Virus record (IMG/VR): IMGVR_UViG_3300045051_000720
Location: 155,465 to 219,464 of that record
Direction: 5' to 3' (one strand)
Length of the DNA: 64,000 bases
Below, in pieces: positions 27,689 to 40,900 of the stretch. The notes beneath the pieces are model-generated. The model did no database searches. It worked only from the letters and a program-made list of their open reading frames with translations, and was not told where the DNA came from. Every line of letters starts with the position of its first letter. The first letter of the stretch is position 1. The translations under genes and the position numbers were made by a program.

Positions 27689-28507
27689 CCCACCCCCTCA
27701 CCAACGCTCCTCTCTTCCGCGGCGAGCTGATCAACGGCGAACCCGCGCGGTTCTACGTGTGGGAGCCACTAGGCAACGCCCAAGAGGTCTGCCACCGATT
27801 CGATGACGAGTGCCTAGCCACGCAATGTGCGGTGAGACTCGGCACGACAGTGGAGGTCGAATGAGCCACACCCGCCGCGATCATCCTCCCGCCGCCGGCC
27901 TTCACGGCGACTCCGTGATGGACGAACCCCACAAGGGCATCTGGCACCGCCAAGACCACCACTACGGCGACCAGCGCAAGATGCGCGCCAAGGCCAAGGT
28001 GGCGATTCGGCGGCGTGACCGCAAGCGGTTGGGCAAGCCGACTGAGGAGTCGGGGGTGATCGAACCGGTGGCCAAGCGCACGCGATTCGGGTCCATCAAA
28101 TGAGCTTTATCCGTTGCCTGTCCAACCCCGAGGGTCTGTACGTTTACCATGACGTATGCGGCTTCATCTCCGTCCACGGGCCTGTCAATACCCGAATCGG
28201 GTTGCGCGACTGGGGTACCCTCAAGCGAATCTACCGCGCTAACCGCATTGCCGACATGGATGGCAAACGCCTCAAGGTCACCCACGACGTGACCGTGAAC
28301 CAGCGCGGGCGAGAGGTAGACAGGAGCAAGTGGTCTCTTCGGCGCCGCGTGTCCGGCCCGCGCTGTGACCTCAAGGTCCGCATCGCCATCTTGCACAGGC
28401 GCACGTGGCACCGATTCTACCTCTGGGAGGTCACCTATCGCTACCTGATGGACAACGCCATCGCGCAGGACGATTGGGCACGTGACAAGCGCATGGTACG
28501 CATATGA
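27685..28507 (+). other. three small coupled hypothetical ORFs (27685-27864, 27861-28103, 28100-28507)
   Basis: ATGA overlaps. Confidence 0.55.
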
Positions 28508-28932
28508 TCCTCTCCATCAGCGCGCCGTTCTGGCAGGTCGAGAAGTGGACCCACTCATGGCGCCATCGCGTGTGCCTCATTGAAGGCTTGACCTGCATCC
28601 AAGGCCAGACCCACTACAACGGGAGCACCCCTACCGCCATTGTGGTCGATGCCACCATCGCGCCGATTGTGCTGCGCCTGAACGAGCTGGGCCACACGAC
28701 CCAGTTCTCATGCAGTGGGCTGAAGGAGGATCATGACGATCCCCGCTGGGGGCACTTCGACGGGACGCATTGGGCCTATCTGGCGTTTGACCAGTGTGAT
28801 CCCACTCTCGCGCCGCGCGGGGTGGTGGTCCAAGACACCCACCATGTCCATTGGACCTTCAGCCGTCAACTCACCCATCTCCGCACGCAATGGGAAGAGC
28901 TGGCGGCGCGGTTGGGAGTGGAGCTGTTGTAG
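28504..28932 (+). CDS. hypothetical protein with TYW3-like motif
   Basis: DATIAPIVLRLNELGHTTQFSCSG. Confidence 0.55.
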   Translation: MILSISAPFWQVEKWTHSWRHRVCLIEGLTCIQGQTHYNGSTPTAIVVDATIAPIVLRLNELGHTTQFSCSGLKEDHDDPRWGHFDGTHWAYLAFDQCDPTLAPRGVVVQDTHHVHWTFSRQLTHLRTQWEELAARLGVELL

Positions 28933-28981
28933 GGTAAACACCCTGCTTGACGGGCCACCCATCATCGAGTAACCTACCACC

Positions 28982-29445
28982 ATGCGCTATCACTATCTCC
29001 TCACTCTCTCCACCTTCTGCCTTGGCTGGGCCGCGATCGATGTAGTCAAGGGAACCATCAAGACATCGACCCATGGGTTCACCCTCGCCGCGCTGGCGCT
29101 GGTTGTGATCTATCTGGCGATCAAGGAGGCTCGTTCATGAAAGCCATCGGCTATATCACCGTCACCATCCTCGCCATCGTCCTCTCCACCATCTGGGGCG
29201 GCTATATCCTCTCGATCCTGTGGTCGTGGTTCATGGTCAAGGCATTCGCCCTGCCCGTACTCACCACCGGCCAAGCGATTGGCGTCTCGCTGGTTGTCGG
29301 TTACTTCCATCGGGGACTGGCTACCACCAAGACCAAGGAGGAAGACTCGTTTGGTGAAACGCTTGCCCGTTCGGCGGCGATGGGGTTCGTGTTTCCCTTG
29401 GTGTTCCTCGCGATTGGGTGGGTTGTTCATGTCTGCGTTGGTTGA
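28982..29445 (+). other. two small membrane proteins (28982-29140, 29137-29445)
   Basis: hydrophobic ORFs behind palindrome-promoter at 28930-28981. Confidence 0.6.
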
Positions 29446-29448
29446 CCC

Positions 29449-32400
29449 ATGACACCTACCTACCTCGTCTGGGTCAAAGGCCCTCGCGGAACCAAGCTGC
29501 TCCCCATCCAAGCGGGCGACCGCATCTCTTGCCGCCGCACCGTCAAGCCGCGCAATGTGCTCGGGACGGTGTTGGAGGTCAAGGGTGGTCTCCGCGTCGA
29601 ACTGGACCCCTACGACAGCAACGAGGTCAGTCTGCCGGGTGGCGAGATGACCCTCCGCCCGCGCTGGTTGGTGGGCGCATGGCGCGATGGGATTCACCTT
29701 CACGATCTGCCCGAGAACGCCTCGCGATGACCGATCAACCCTCACCCCTCGCCATCAAGCTGGCCGCGCGTTTCCATCCCAAGGGACCAGACGCCGCCGC
29801 GCAGGTCCAATCCGTCCTCGACTCCCACCAGTGCGACGAATGGGAGCGCAAGCGCGCTGAGAACGCGCGCCAACCCCGATTCGCTGACAACATCTGGGTC
29901 AAACGCGCCCGCGCGCCGTCCTATGTCGCGGAGTGGCTCACCCTCTCTCTGGCTCCCGCAGAGGACGATCACCCCTATCGGGTTCAGCTCCGGCGGTATT
30001 GCACGCCGGGCCGCATTGCGACCTACTCGTTTGACATGCAGATTGCCGCGTGCGCGGGCGTAGGTCCGCGGTTCCGGTACTATAGCGAGCCGTGGTGCCC
30101 CATCGCCAAGGCCATCCAGATGGCGCAGGTTGATCTCGACAGGCCACAGGTGGTCGCACTGTGCGTGAAGGCGTTCGAGGTTGAGTGCATCGTCCGTGCC
30201 TACGGGCACGAGTTTATCTGGCTGCTTGACATCCTCGCGCCGAAATCGCGCACCTACCGCGCGGTCAAGCGGGTATGCGACCAGACCATGGAGGCGCGAG
30301 CGACGCGTCTCAAAACCTCGAAACCATGAAACCCCGCCTCTACATTGCCTTCGGCTATCACCTGTCCTGCATCGCGGACGAGCACCGCTCGGCCAACGGC
30401 TCTTGTCAGGTCAGCGTGGCCGCGCTGGTGCCGACCAAGAAACGGTTCGCGGAGCTGCTGTGTGAGATGGGCCGTGGGAACGTAACCCCGCGCGACGTGA
30501 ACAGCACCCTGCGTACCCTCAACACCTACTGCCTCGTACAGGTAGCGCACGAACACATGGCTGTGTACCCCACCGTGACCGCGGCGGTAGTGAAGGTCAA
30601 CACCCTCTACTATAGCCCGGACGGCCACTGCATGGAGGGGTACGTAAAGGAATGGTTTGAGGTCACGTCTCGGTCATGAACACCGAGCCCCTATCCACTT
30701 TCCTGCGTTCCGCCATCGCATTGCTCGACAGCGTGACCGGACAGACGCGCATCCAGCGTTTTCTCTACCTCCGTTACGACCTGCTTAACCTCCACTATCC
30801 CCATGAGCCGTTCGGCGTCGATCAGGGCACTCCTGACGTGTTCGCCGAGATGCTGTCCTATGTCACAGGCGCGCAACCTATTCCCGAGCGCAAGCCCGGG
30901 TCGGATGCCCAAACGGACCAGACCTATTGGCGACGCTACCGTGACTGGCTGCGGCAGTATGTCGTGAGGTAGATTCCCTATTGCGCCCCGCCACAGACCT
31001 GCTACCATCCCCCGTGACATGAAGCGCCTGCCCTACATCAACCCGTGCTTCCGCAAGCACCTTGACGGGACATGGAGCTGGCGCGCGGTTGTGTTCGCCA
31101 GTACGCCCCCTAACGCATACCAACGTCGCCACGGGTTCATGCAGATGGCCCATTGCACACTCGAAATGGCCACCTCGCCTCAGCCCACTCTTGAGGAGGC
31201 CGAAGCCGATCTAAAGGCCGCGCTCAAGGTGCTTGGGCTCTCTCGCGCCAAGTCCTCGCCACGCTCATGAACCACCTCCTCTTCACCATCTCTGTGCCCA
31301 CCCGCGCGCGCAAGCCCGAGATCATTGACCGCGAATGGGAACGCATCAAGCGCCGGCTTGAGCGAGCAGCGACCCGATCTAAGGACCCCGAGCGGCGCGC
31401 TGTGGTGACGCCTGTGGTTCAACACCTCTCATGACTGACCTCACCCCCCTATCCGACGAGCTGAGCGACCTCGACACCATCGACGAGACCGCCATCCGCT
31501 GGCTCCTCGATCTCAAGGACATCGGCGAGCGCGCCTCATCGCGGCTGTTTGAGCGTTGTGCCTCTATCCTATCCGTCGCGCGGCAGTGTCGGGACACCCA
31601 TCTGTACATCCCCTTCCACAAGGCTTATCATCGTACCCATGAGGCTTTAGTCGGCACACTATTCGAGGGCCATGGTTCCATCGACACCTTCGAGGTCTAT
31701 ACCGAGAGGGTCACTCTCAACACCATCTCGTACGGACGGCACGGTGACGGCGATGAACATTGGAAGCTCTCCTTTCCCATCGCGTGGCTGTGGATGTCAT
31801 ATGACGACGTGAAGCTGCTGTGCAACGCCGAGCTGGATGTGTTGGCGACCAAAGAGTGCCGCAAAGAGGACGTTGTCAAGGCCATCCGCGAAGCCGCCGA
31901 GCGCGCCAAGCTGGTGGAGTTGCGTGCCAAATACCCCGACCTATGACCTACCGCACCGCCACCCGCCGTCTGATGAAACGGTTGCGCGATGTATGTCGGA
32001 GCATCGCATCTGGCTACCATCCCAGTTGGTGGTTGACGTGGCGATGGCCCGACTAAACACCTTTCTCCATGACCCTTTACCTCCGCGCTCTCTGGCGGCT
32101 GCTCTTGTTCAAAACCAGCGCCCCAATGACCGATCATCAGTACCACACCATGATGGCACAGGCTGGCGCGCGGTGCCGGCACTGCGGGCTGCATCTATGA
32201 TCTCATCTCTCAAACCCGACCCCGCCATCCTCGGACCGATTGACGAGGCCCTGACCGCCTTTTATCCTGACCCTTGGACCTATCGGCACGAGGAGGGGGT
32301 AGCGTACTGGCGATGGCTCTGTGTGGATCGAATCGTGACACCGGAAGAGCTGGGTGTCATGCTGGACACCGTGCGCGGACTCAACCCGCGCGGGTTTTTT

Positions 32401-32460
32401 CGAGGGACGGTACTAGGCAAGCCGCTGACGGCTATTTTCTTCTATCCCGCGTTCTCGTAG
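29449..32460 (+). other. run of hypothetical ORFs (29449-29730, 29727-30329, 30326-30679, 30676-30972, 31019-31270, 31431-31946, 32197-32460)
   Basis: + strand tiling, overlaps, leaderless promoters. Confidence 0.6.
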
Positions 32461-32509
32461 GGTAATCCCCCCGCTAGACAGACCCCAATCGATCGGCTAT
32501 CCTGCTCTC

Positions 32510-33397
32510 ATGACCATCCAACCCGCCATTGGCGACCAGCTTCGCATCAAGGTCCTCGCCGAGAACCGCGAATGGGGCTACAACCCCGCACCGGACGGCA
32601 CCATCGTCACGGTCCGCGATTTCGGCCGCATCACGTACGGCCGGACCAACAACTTCGGTCTTCGTCCCGGCGTTTACCTCAACCGTTGCTGGCTCGATGT
32701 CGAGTTGGACGGCAAGGTGGAGTCGATTTCCCACTGCCACCTCGAAGGGTTGAAGGGCGAGTACGTCGGCAGCGACGCGTTTGAGAACCGAGCCACTGAT
32801 CGCATTGGCGATTTGCCCTCCACTCCGATCTGGGAGGAGGACATCGTGGTCGCGCCGGCTGAACGCCAATACCCCGAACCCCGTGACGGTCTGGTCGTAC
32901 AGGGCATCGATTACGGCTGGGTCCATGGACTCGACTACGCGCGTCTGAGCAGCAGCGCGGATGCGGGCTGGTATACCTCCTACCCCATCCGCGATCTCGT
33001 GCTCAAGCGGCGCGGACCGGTGTGGACCTATTACAACGATCCGGCCTCCCTCGACCTGAGCGACGCCGATCTCATCAACCTGCACAAACGCCTCGGGTTG
33101 GCGCGCGAGCAGTGCAACCCCCGGACCAACGACTATAGCTGGACCGTCAGTGAGGCTCTTGAGGACATCCGGGCTGGTAAGGTAGACGCCATCAGTGCAT
33201 CGCCGGGTCTGTTCGGTGCCAGCGCGTCCCTCTCGATCTACCGGTTTGATGATCCCAAGGTGGGAGTCAAAGCCCGTGCCGCGACCATCGCGGGATGGGC
33301 TGGTGCGACGCCCGAATCACTCGCCGAGTACGACAAGCCCCATTTGGAGCAGCGCGCGCGGGTTGACGCCCTGCTACGCGACCACGCACGACGATGA
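32510..33397 (+). CDS. hypothetical protein (295 aa)
   Basis: long ORF behind palindrome-promoter 32458-32509. Confidence 0.75.
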   Translation: MTIQPAIGDQLRIKVLAENREWGYNPAPDGTIVTVRDFGRITYGRTNNFGLRPGVYLNRCWLDVELDGKVESISHCHLEGLKGEYVGSDAFENRATDRIGDLPSTPIWEEDIVVAPAERQYPEPRDGLVVQGIDYGWVHGLDYARLSSSADAGWYTSYPIRDLVLKRRGPVWTYYNDPASLDLSDADLINLHKRLGLAREQCNPRTNDYSWTVSEALEDIRAGKVDAISASPGLFGASASLSIYRFDDPKVGVKARAATIAGWAGATPESLAEYDKPHLEQRARVDALLRDHARR

Positions 33398-34055
33398 GCA
33401 CCACCCGAGGCTACCACTGGACCTCCCGCGCGTGGTACGCGGACGCCTGCCGTCGTCCCGACATCACCGATGAGGTGACATTCGGGCTCTACTGCACCGA
33501 TGGCGGCACGACTGGCGAGATGACCATGAAATGGGTTGACCTCGGCCCCTATGCCGCCGCCCAACTGTGCGTCTTCAACGATGCGTGGAAGGTACTCGCC
33601 TCCATGACCGATCTGATCGGCGCGTTGGGCAGGTTGGGCGAGCATGTGACGGCGGAGCAGTTCTGCGCGGTTCTGCGTAATCTCGGGTTCAAGGACCTGA
33701 CTGCCTACGCGACGCCTGAACGGTATCGTATCGACCATCCAATCCCATGATCAATCCTCTCCACCCCTCCCTCTTCCGCGAAGCAGCGCGCCGCATTGCC
33801 CAAGGCGAGACCCATTTTGCGTGCTGCGCCTTGGACGAAGCCAGTGAGGCGGAGGGTATCCACTTCCATGCGGATAGCCCCGCCTGCCTGTGGTTCGCGG
33901 ATGTGTTTAAGCCGCGGGGTGCGTATGCGAACAGCCCGTGGTACAGCAGTCAGTCCGATGGTTGTGAGTATTCGACCTATGCTCGTGACCAGATGGCCCG
34001 GTCTCTCGGGCTTTTGCTCGCCGCTGAGCTGATCGAAGAGGGGTTTGAGCCATGA
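33394..34055 (+). other. two coupled hypothetical ORFs (33394-33750, 33747-34055)
   Basis: ATGA overlaps. Confidence 0.6.
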
Positions 34056-34387
34056 GCAACGGCGAAGACTCCATCTGGGTCGAGACCAAGCCTCACCTAC
34101 GCCCCGGTGCCAAGCAGCGGCGCGTGGTGTGCGCAGCCAACCGCAGTTGGGGATGCCTCGTTGTCGGTCCTCGCCACGGTGACGCTGTTATGCGCGAGCA
34201 GGTAGACGCGCGCGTGCATGGTGGGGAAGACCCGGCGTGGTGGCGCGGGGCCGAGCAGGGTTTCGTGGACCAATGGGGCACCTTCATGGACCGCAAGGAG
34301 GCTTACGCCGTGGCGGTGGCCGCTGGTCAGATTCTCTATGGGCCGCACCTGTCGGGCGGCGAGCTTGACTCAAGCGACTTGTACTGA
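34052..34387 (+). CDS. conserved phage hypothetical protein
   Basis: RVVCAANR..GPRH..QGFVDQWGTFMDRKEAY..AGQI..LDSSDLY motif. Confidence 0.7.
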   Translation: MSNGEDSIWVETKPHLRPGAKQRRVVCAANRSWGCLVVGPRHGDAVMREQVDARVHGGEDPAWWRGAEQGFVDQWGTFMDRKEAYAVAVAAGQILYGPHLSGGELDSSDLY

Positions 34388-34434
34388 GGTCAACCCCTCA
34401 TTGTCCCGCCCAACCATCCTGCTATCATCCTTCC

Positions 34435-37400
34435 ATGAACCCCCTCGATCAAGCCTTCCGCGCCCAGTTTGGTGACGCCTATCCCACTCGCCGCGCCGAG
34501 GCCGAGGCGTTCATGGAGCGGGCGCTGCAAAACGCGCTGGTGATGCGTTGGGTTGGGTCGTTATCCCCAGCTTTTCTCGCGGCGGTCGTGGCGAATCGGG
34601 CCGCTGTGCTCAACTGCCCTATTGCCGAGATCGACCCGACCTTTCAAGGTCCCGACGAGATCGACTGGCTTTGGCACTCCTACCGGGCCACGATCCGGCT
34701 TTTTGCCGACGACGAGCTATGAGGGATTCTCCCTACTGGACGATCGGGTGCCTTTCCGGTATCCTGCCCCCATGCCCTCTGAAGACGATTACTTCACCGA
34801 CCGCATCCGCAAGCTTGCGTCGGTGCGCCGCATGCACCATGAGCGCGCTACTGAGTCGATTTACCAACTGGAGCGCGGGTTGCCGGGGAACGATCCCCTC
34901 CGCGCCGCGTTTTATCGCCTGCGCACTGAGCTGGCGGCCCGTTATGCCGAGCTGATTGCGCGGGATAATCGACCGACCCAAACACCATGACCAACATGTC
35001 CTACTGCCGCTTCCGCAACACGCTGGAAGCCCTCCGCGAGTGTGCCGACGACCTCGCCAACAAGGAAACACTCGATGAGCTGGCGTCGGCCGACGAACGC
35101 GAAGCCGCGCGCCGTCTACTCAAGCTCTGCGATACGCTCGCGAGCGATTGGGGCATCGAGGTTGAGCAAGCCAGCCACAAGGGCTGACGAATCATGACGC
35201 CGCTCGAAAAGGCCGACGAGATACTTGCGGAAGCAATCCGCATTCGGGACACCCACAGCGGTTGTCACTCACTGCCGTCGAGCGTTTACGACCTGACTCA
35301 GTTCCGAAAAGCACTCGAACGCCATCCAGACGACGCCGAATCCCTTCTGGCGTGGATGGAGTTTACCATCGCCCATATCCGTCGCAAGGTCGGTTTGCTC
35401 AAGACCTGAGCTGTCACCCTCTTTATTATGTCCCGCCCACCCTTTACCCGCCCTCTTCCCGATCCCGTGCGTGACCGCACGGTTTACGTCACCGATCAGG
35501 TCTATACGCTCAAACGCACGCCTCCCGATCACGTCCGGGGGCTCGTCAAGGGCGCGAGGGTTCGGCTCATCACCGGGGTTGGTGACATACCCGGCGCGCA
35601 TCCCGATCACGACTGGCGAACGATCTGCCCGGCGCGCAGCAAGGTCGCGCAGTTCTATGGCGTGATGGCCAGCGATCTGCGGAAGGCGCGGAATGGGTCG
35701 ATTCGGCGAGTGGCTGTCACCGCATGAACCTTACCCCCGTCCGCCTCTACATCGGTGGGGCGTATCGCACGATCCCCGCGCGGGTGGATGGGCGAATTGC
35801 GGTCGTCAGCCTGCGGTGTCGCTCAATGAACGGCGAGGACTGCGATCGGTGGTTTCCGTTCGACACCCACCACGGAGCCAAGCTCGCGGATGGGTGCGGG
35901 ACGATGAAACGGGCGGTCGAGATCGGTCGTGAGACCATAGCCAGCATGGTCGGTGCTGGGGTGATCCCCCCGGTTGACAAACCGGCGAGAGGGTGTAAGG
36001 TGGGGGTATGACTCCCTTCTCTCATCTCACGGTCCTGCGCACCGGTCCCGCCGAGCGGTATGTTTTGGTGGACGACAACGGCGAGCATGTTATCAGCATG
36101 TACGCCGCCGACCCGCGCGGCAAGGAGCGTGCCGAGTGGCTGGCCGCGACAATCAATGGGCGTATCCCTGTCGTGGGCGCCGAGGCGGTTGACTGCCTGA
36201 CCACGCTTCTGCAAACCATCGCCGATGACGGGCAACTGGAACAACTCACCACCCCCGAGTTTCGCGCGCGGTGTGAAGCCATCACCGGTCCCATCAAGCG
36301 AGCCCTGTTCAAATGAGTGCGCAACGCTTCACCACCGACATCGGCGGTTTCATCGAGACCCACTCATCGCTCACCGTAGCCATCCGACACGTTGAGCAAT
36401 CGGCCTCATTTGCTTCCCCCATCGAGTGGGACGAAGAAAAGCGGCCCTATGGCACTGTTCACATCGCGCGTCAGATGGGCAGCGACCAATACCCGCGCAT
36501 CGTGGGCAAAGTGTTCGTGTCGGAGGTTACATGACCCTCATCGATCCCTCTACCGATCCCGTCTACCGTGTCCGCCGGGCTATGGAGAGACTGGAGTCAC
36601 TGAGTAACGGCGTTCATCGCTGCGCTACCACCGCGCAACTGATTGCCGATGGTTTTGCCGCTCTTGACACCCTTCGCGCGCCTGTTGTGGAGCCAGCCAC
36701 GCCCGCCGCGCAATGGACCGCCCTCAAGGCCGAGATGAGCGCACGCATCGAAGCGATTGACCGCGCCACTCCATGGGCCGAGACCGAGCCGCGCTGGTGG
36801 CTGGAGATGATGGAGGTCAAGAGGCACCTGCTGTGACCCATGGAGACCCGCATAATCCCCCTCCAAACCGCGCTTGACCTTCTCCACGCCTGCGTGGCGG
36901 TTGAGGCCAACGGCGAGTTGTGCCGTCCTATGTTCCCCGACTCCGACGATCCGCATGATCGCGATGTGTTCCTGCTTACCGCCCATTTCACCTTCCGCGC
37001 TGGTGACAACACCACTGTCCAAGCGCGCCCGGACGGGTTCGTGCTGCAAAGCGTTGGCGGGACGCGGGTGTTGGTGATGCCTCTGATGGGGTGCATGGGT
37101 TTGGGGTCTTCCCCTCACTAGACAGCACCCAACCATCTGCTATCCTCCCTCCATGAACCTGTTCATCGCTCTCGTCTTCGCCGCCGCCCTTTGGATGACG
37201 GACATCAACCTCGCCAACACCGCTGCCGCGGTCGCGGGGCGTCATGTCAACGGGGCCAATCCCCGCCATACCGGTATCGCCATGGCCCTGTTGTGGGGGC
37301 TGTTTTTCTATCTCGTCCGATGAACCCACTCCGCCCCGCCGCTGAAGCACGCGTTGATGCGATTTTCACCGCCGCCGCAGAATGGGTCGTTGCCTCGCGC

Positions 37401-37888
37401 GGTTCGATCTCTGCGGAGAACCAAGCCATGGACAACCTCCGCGCGGCCATTCGATTGGCCCTTAAGGAGCAGGACCGCGATACGCGACATGCCTGCGCCG
37501 AGGCTGTGCTCGGGGTGGGTGCCGGCGAAACCAACATCTCCATTCGTCTCATAACCGACGCCGTATGCACCCGTGCACACGCCGTCTGCATGAACACCCA
37601 TGCGGTGTGACCAGATAGGGTAAACACCCGGCTAGACGCCTCGCAATGGTGTGCTATCCTCACCCCATGACCCTTCCCTCCGAGTATCTGATCCTCCGCC
37701 AGCCCGGCCGTGTGGCCGAGGTGGTGTTTGTCCAGCACGGCGCCGAGCATGTCATGTTCTCGGGCAAGCGGTGGGATGCGAGGCGTTCTCTTCTGCGCAT
37801 CCGCCAATCCATCGGGTTTGAGCATCTGCCTGTGTACGTGCGCAAGGAGACCGGGGCGATTGAGCTGAGCGAGCGAGTGACGCTCTAG
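34435..37888 (+). other. run of small hypothetical ORFs (34435-34722, 34772-34990, 34987-35187, 35194-35409, 35428-35727, 35724-36011, 36008-36316, 36313-36534, 36531-36836, 36840-37121, 37320-37610, 37667-37888)
   Basis: + strand tiling; 34987 ORF has the common phage MSYCRFRNT motif. Confidence 0.6.
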
Positions 37889-37935
37889 GGGGTTGTTCCC
37901 ATAGACACCGCGCGCCAACCTGTTACCCTCCCATC

Positions 37936-40900
37936 ATGAGACCTTCCCGACCCGTCCAACCGAACCAGATCGACCTGCTGGCAGACGCTCCTGCCAATGC
38001 GCTGCTGTTCAGCGCGCTGTGCGAACAGATCAAACCCGACAGCCCTCTCTTCGGTCCCATCCGTAAGGACCACGGGCTCGTCACCCTTCAGATCGTGATC
38101 AACGGGGTGGAGCTGCCCAACCCGCTCACGGCACTGGAAAAGGTGGCCAAGGCGTGGGGCGAGCAGAGCGAGGCTGAAGTCGGTCGCCGTGCGCTGGAGA
38201 TGGTCACAGAAGCGGGTTTGACCGGGGTGCACGAGGCATTCGAGAAGACCCGCCGCACCATGGAGGAAGCCCGGCGCGAGCTGAAGCGCGTGCTGGTCGA
38301 GAAAGCGGGCGCGCAGTTCTATGGGGACGATGACTAGGGGCGACGCCCTATAGACACCTCCCACCCATCTGGTAGGATGACCCCATGACCTTCGATCAAA
38401 CCCTAGCCGCCCTCCCCCTGCGCCGCACCTACCCGCGCGGCAAGCTCCGCCCCATCAAACAGGCCGAGAGCGATGCCTTCAACGCGGCGGTGATGGCCTA
38501 CATGGAGGGCTATCCTCTGGCCCCGATCCGCGTTCCGACTGACGACTGGACCGCCGAGGGTCGGCGTCTGTGCTGCATGGCTCGGGATGAGGATGAGCAA
38601 GCGTGGCTGGTTGACACTGAGTTCGGACCCCTCCGCGTGGCGGTGCCGCGTCTTGATCACGAGGTGCTATTCACGGTCTGGACCTGCTTCATGGGCACGC
38701 CTGACCAGTGCTGCGCTGCGGCCAAAGCCTTCGACTCCAACCCCTTCAGCGGCAAGTGGAACGTGCACCAGTATGAGGCCGCAGACGCGCTGCGTCAGCT
38801 TGACCACCAACTCATGATGGCCAACGCCGCGAGCAAGCCAACCCCCGTTTTGGGGGTTTCTCCCCACTAGACACGGCGACCAAACCTGCTATCCTGAGAC
38901 CATGGACCCGACCACCGAACGCCACCTCCGCCGCATCGTCAAGGCCCCGCTTGCCCAGTGGGCAACCCTCGCGGCCAAGCTACCCCCGAGCCAACAGTTC
39001 GACATCGCCCGCGCGGTTGATTCCGACGCCGAACGGTGCGCGCTGCTGGGGGCGTATCTCAGTGCCCTGTCGTATGGGGCCGAGCACGCCACCGCCCGCA
39101 AACGCGCCGCGTGTGTCGTCACAAAGGTCCGCTCAGCAATGGGCTACTCCTACCCCGGCCAAGGCTTGGCGCAGGCGAGCTGGTAGGGTCTTTTCCCTAT
39201 TCCCATCCCCCGCCAACCTGCTACCATCGCCTTATGAAACGCTTAATCGCCTTCCTGACCCTCGCGGTTTTCACCGCTTTGTTCGCCGCCCCGTGTTCCG
39301 CCACCGAGACCCCGCGCACCTCAACCGAGGCCGTGTTTTACGCCCAAGGGGCGATTGACACCAACGCCGAAACGGCCCTCGCGCTGCCCGCACAACGCTC
39401 ATCCTTCCGCACCATGGCGGGGGTGAACCGAAACAACGCGGGGGTGTTTCTCGCCTTCGCGGCACTCACATCCGATCCGGCGCAGGCGGCGGCCAATCGG
39501 ATTATCGGGTTTTACTTCCTCGGGCGCGCCGACGCCTTCGATTTGCTCGCTGATCTGGAGGGCTGACCTTGGGGCATCGTCCCCGATCTGGACCTAGCCC
39601 CGGGTTGCCACGCGCGATCCGGGGCTTTGGGCGTCGCCAATGCTTGCGGTGTGCGTAATCGTTTTGCTTCTGATCGTGCTGGCGTCCAGCAGGGAGGAGT
39701 GAGGACAACTCCCTATGGTCAAACGCTCTCCCATCGCATACCCTACATCATGAAACCACGCTTCCCCCTTGGCCGCATCGTTGACGGCGGCCCGCCCATG
39801 CTCTACACGATCCGCGAGCTGCCTAGCGGCCTGTTCCTCTACCAACGCCGCCCGGAATACGGCTGGGGCCACAGCGCGCCCGGCTGGACGATTCACCGGG
39901 AGCAACCCGGCAAGGGGCGGCCGGTTGAATCAATCGGCCACGGTCGCACACTGCGAGAGGCCATCGAAAAGGCGAAGGGGATCAAGCCGTGAGCCCAGCA
40001 CAGGCCAAGCTCCTGCGCGAACTGATTGAGGCCGAACGGGCACACGCCGCCGCGGTGCTAGAGCACACGCGCCGCGAGGGGGAGGGATGGGCGTATCCCC
40101 AGCCCGGTCTCAGATGGGTTGAGGTAAGCGGCCCGACCGTCCGCACAGCTTACGCCCTTGCCGATGCGGGTCTTGTGGACCTAGAAGGACGCGCCGAGGG
40201 GCGGCAGTTGTGGGCGCGGCTCGCCATAGGGTAAACCCCCGACTAGACATCCCCTCTCGTTCTGGTAAACCGACCCGATGAAGACCTCCAAAGCCATCTA
40301 TGAGCAAACCGCCGCCATCCTGCGCGCGCGTCTGCCCGACGAACCCGACATGAGCAACGTTGGCGACTATTGGGCGGTGGAAAACGTGCGCCTGTTGGCG
40401 CTCGCTTTTGCCGATGCCTACACCGTCGACAACCCGAGGTTTGACCGATTCCGCTTCTTTGCGGCTTGCGGATTGGCGGGCAAATGACCAGCGAGCTTTA
40501 CTGGCGCGGCGGTCCGGCAGAGACCTCAGAACGCACGCTTGACCGCGACGGCGACACCTTTTGGGCCAAGCGCACGGCGCGCCGCTGTGCTAGGCAGATG
40601 CGAGAGCTAGCCGCCGCGCTGCCCGACGACGCCCCAAAGGCTGAACAGCGCCGGGCTTGCTTGCTCACTCGCGCCGCCGAGATCGAGGCGGGTCAATCCA
40701 ACCCCGTGCATCACTTTCGCGTTGCCGTGCCTTTCGAGCGTGTCGCCCCCTCCGGACGCAAGTCAAAGCGCGTGATGACGTACCCGTGTTCTGGTTGCCT
40801 GCTCTACACCTTCGACGAGGCTTGGCTTCTGATGGAGACCTTCGCCGCGCGCAGCTACGCCGCGGGCACGGAATGCGATGTGTGGGCGGAAGGACGCGGG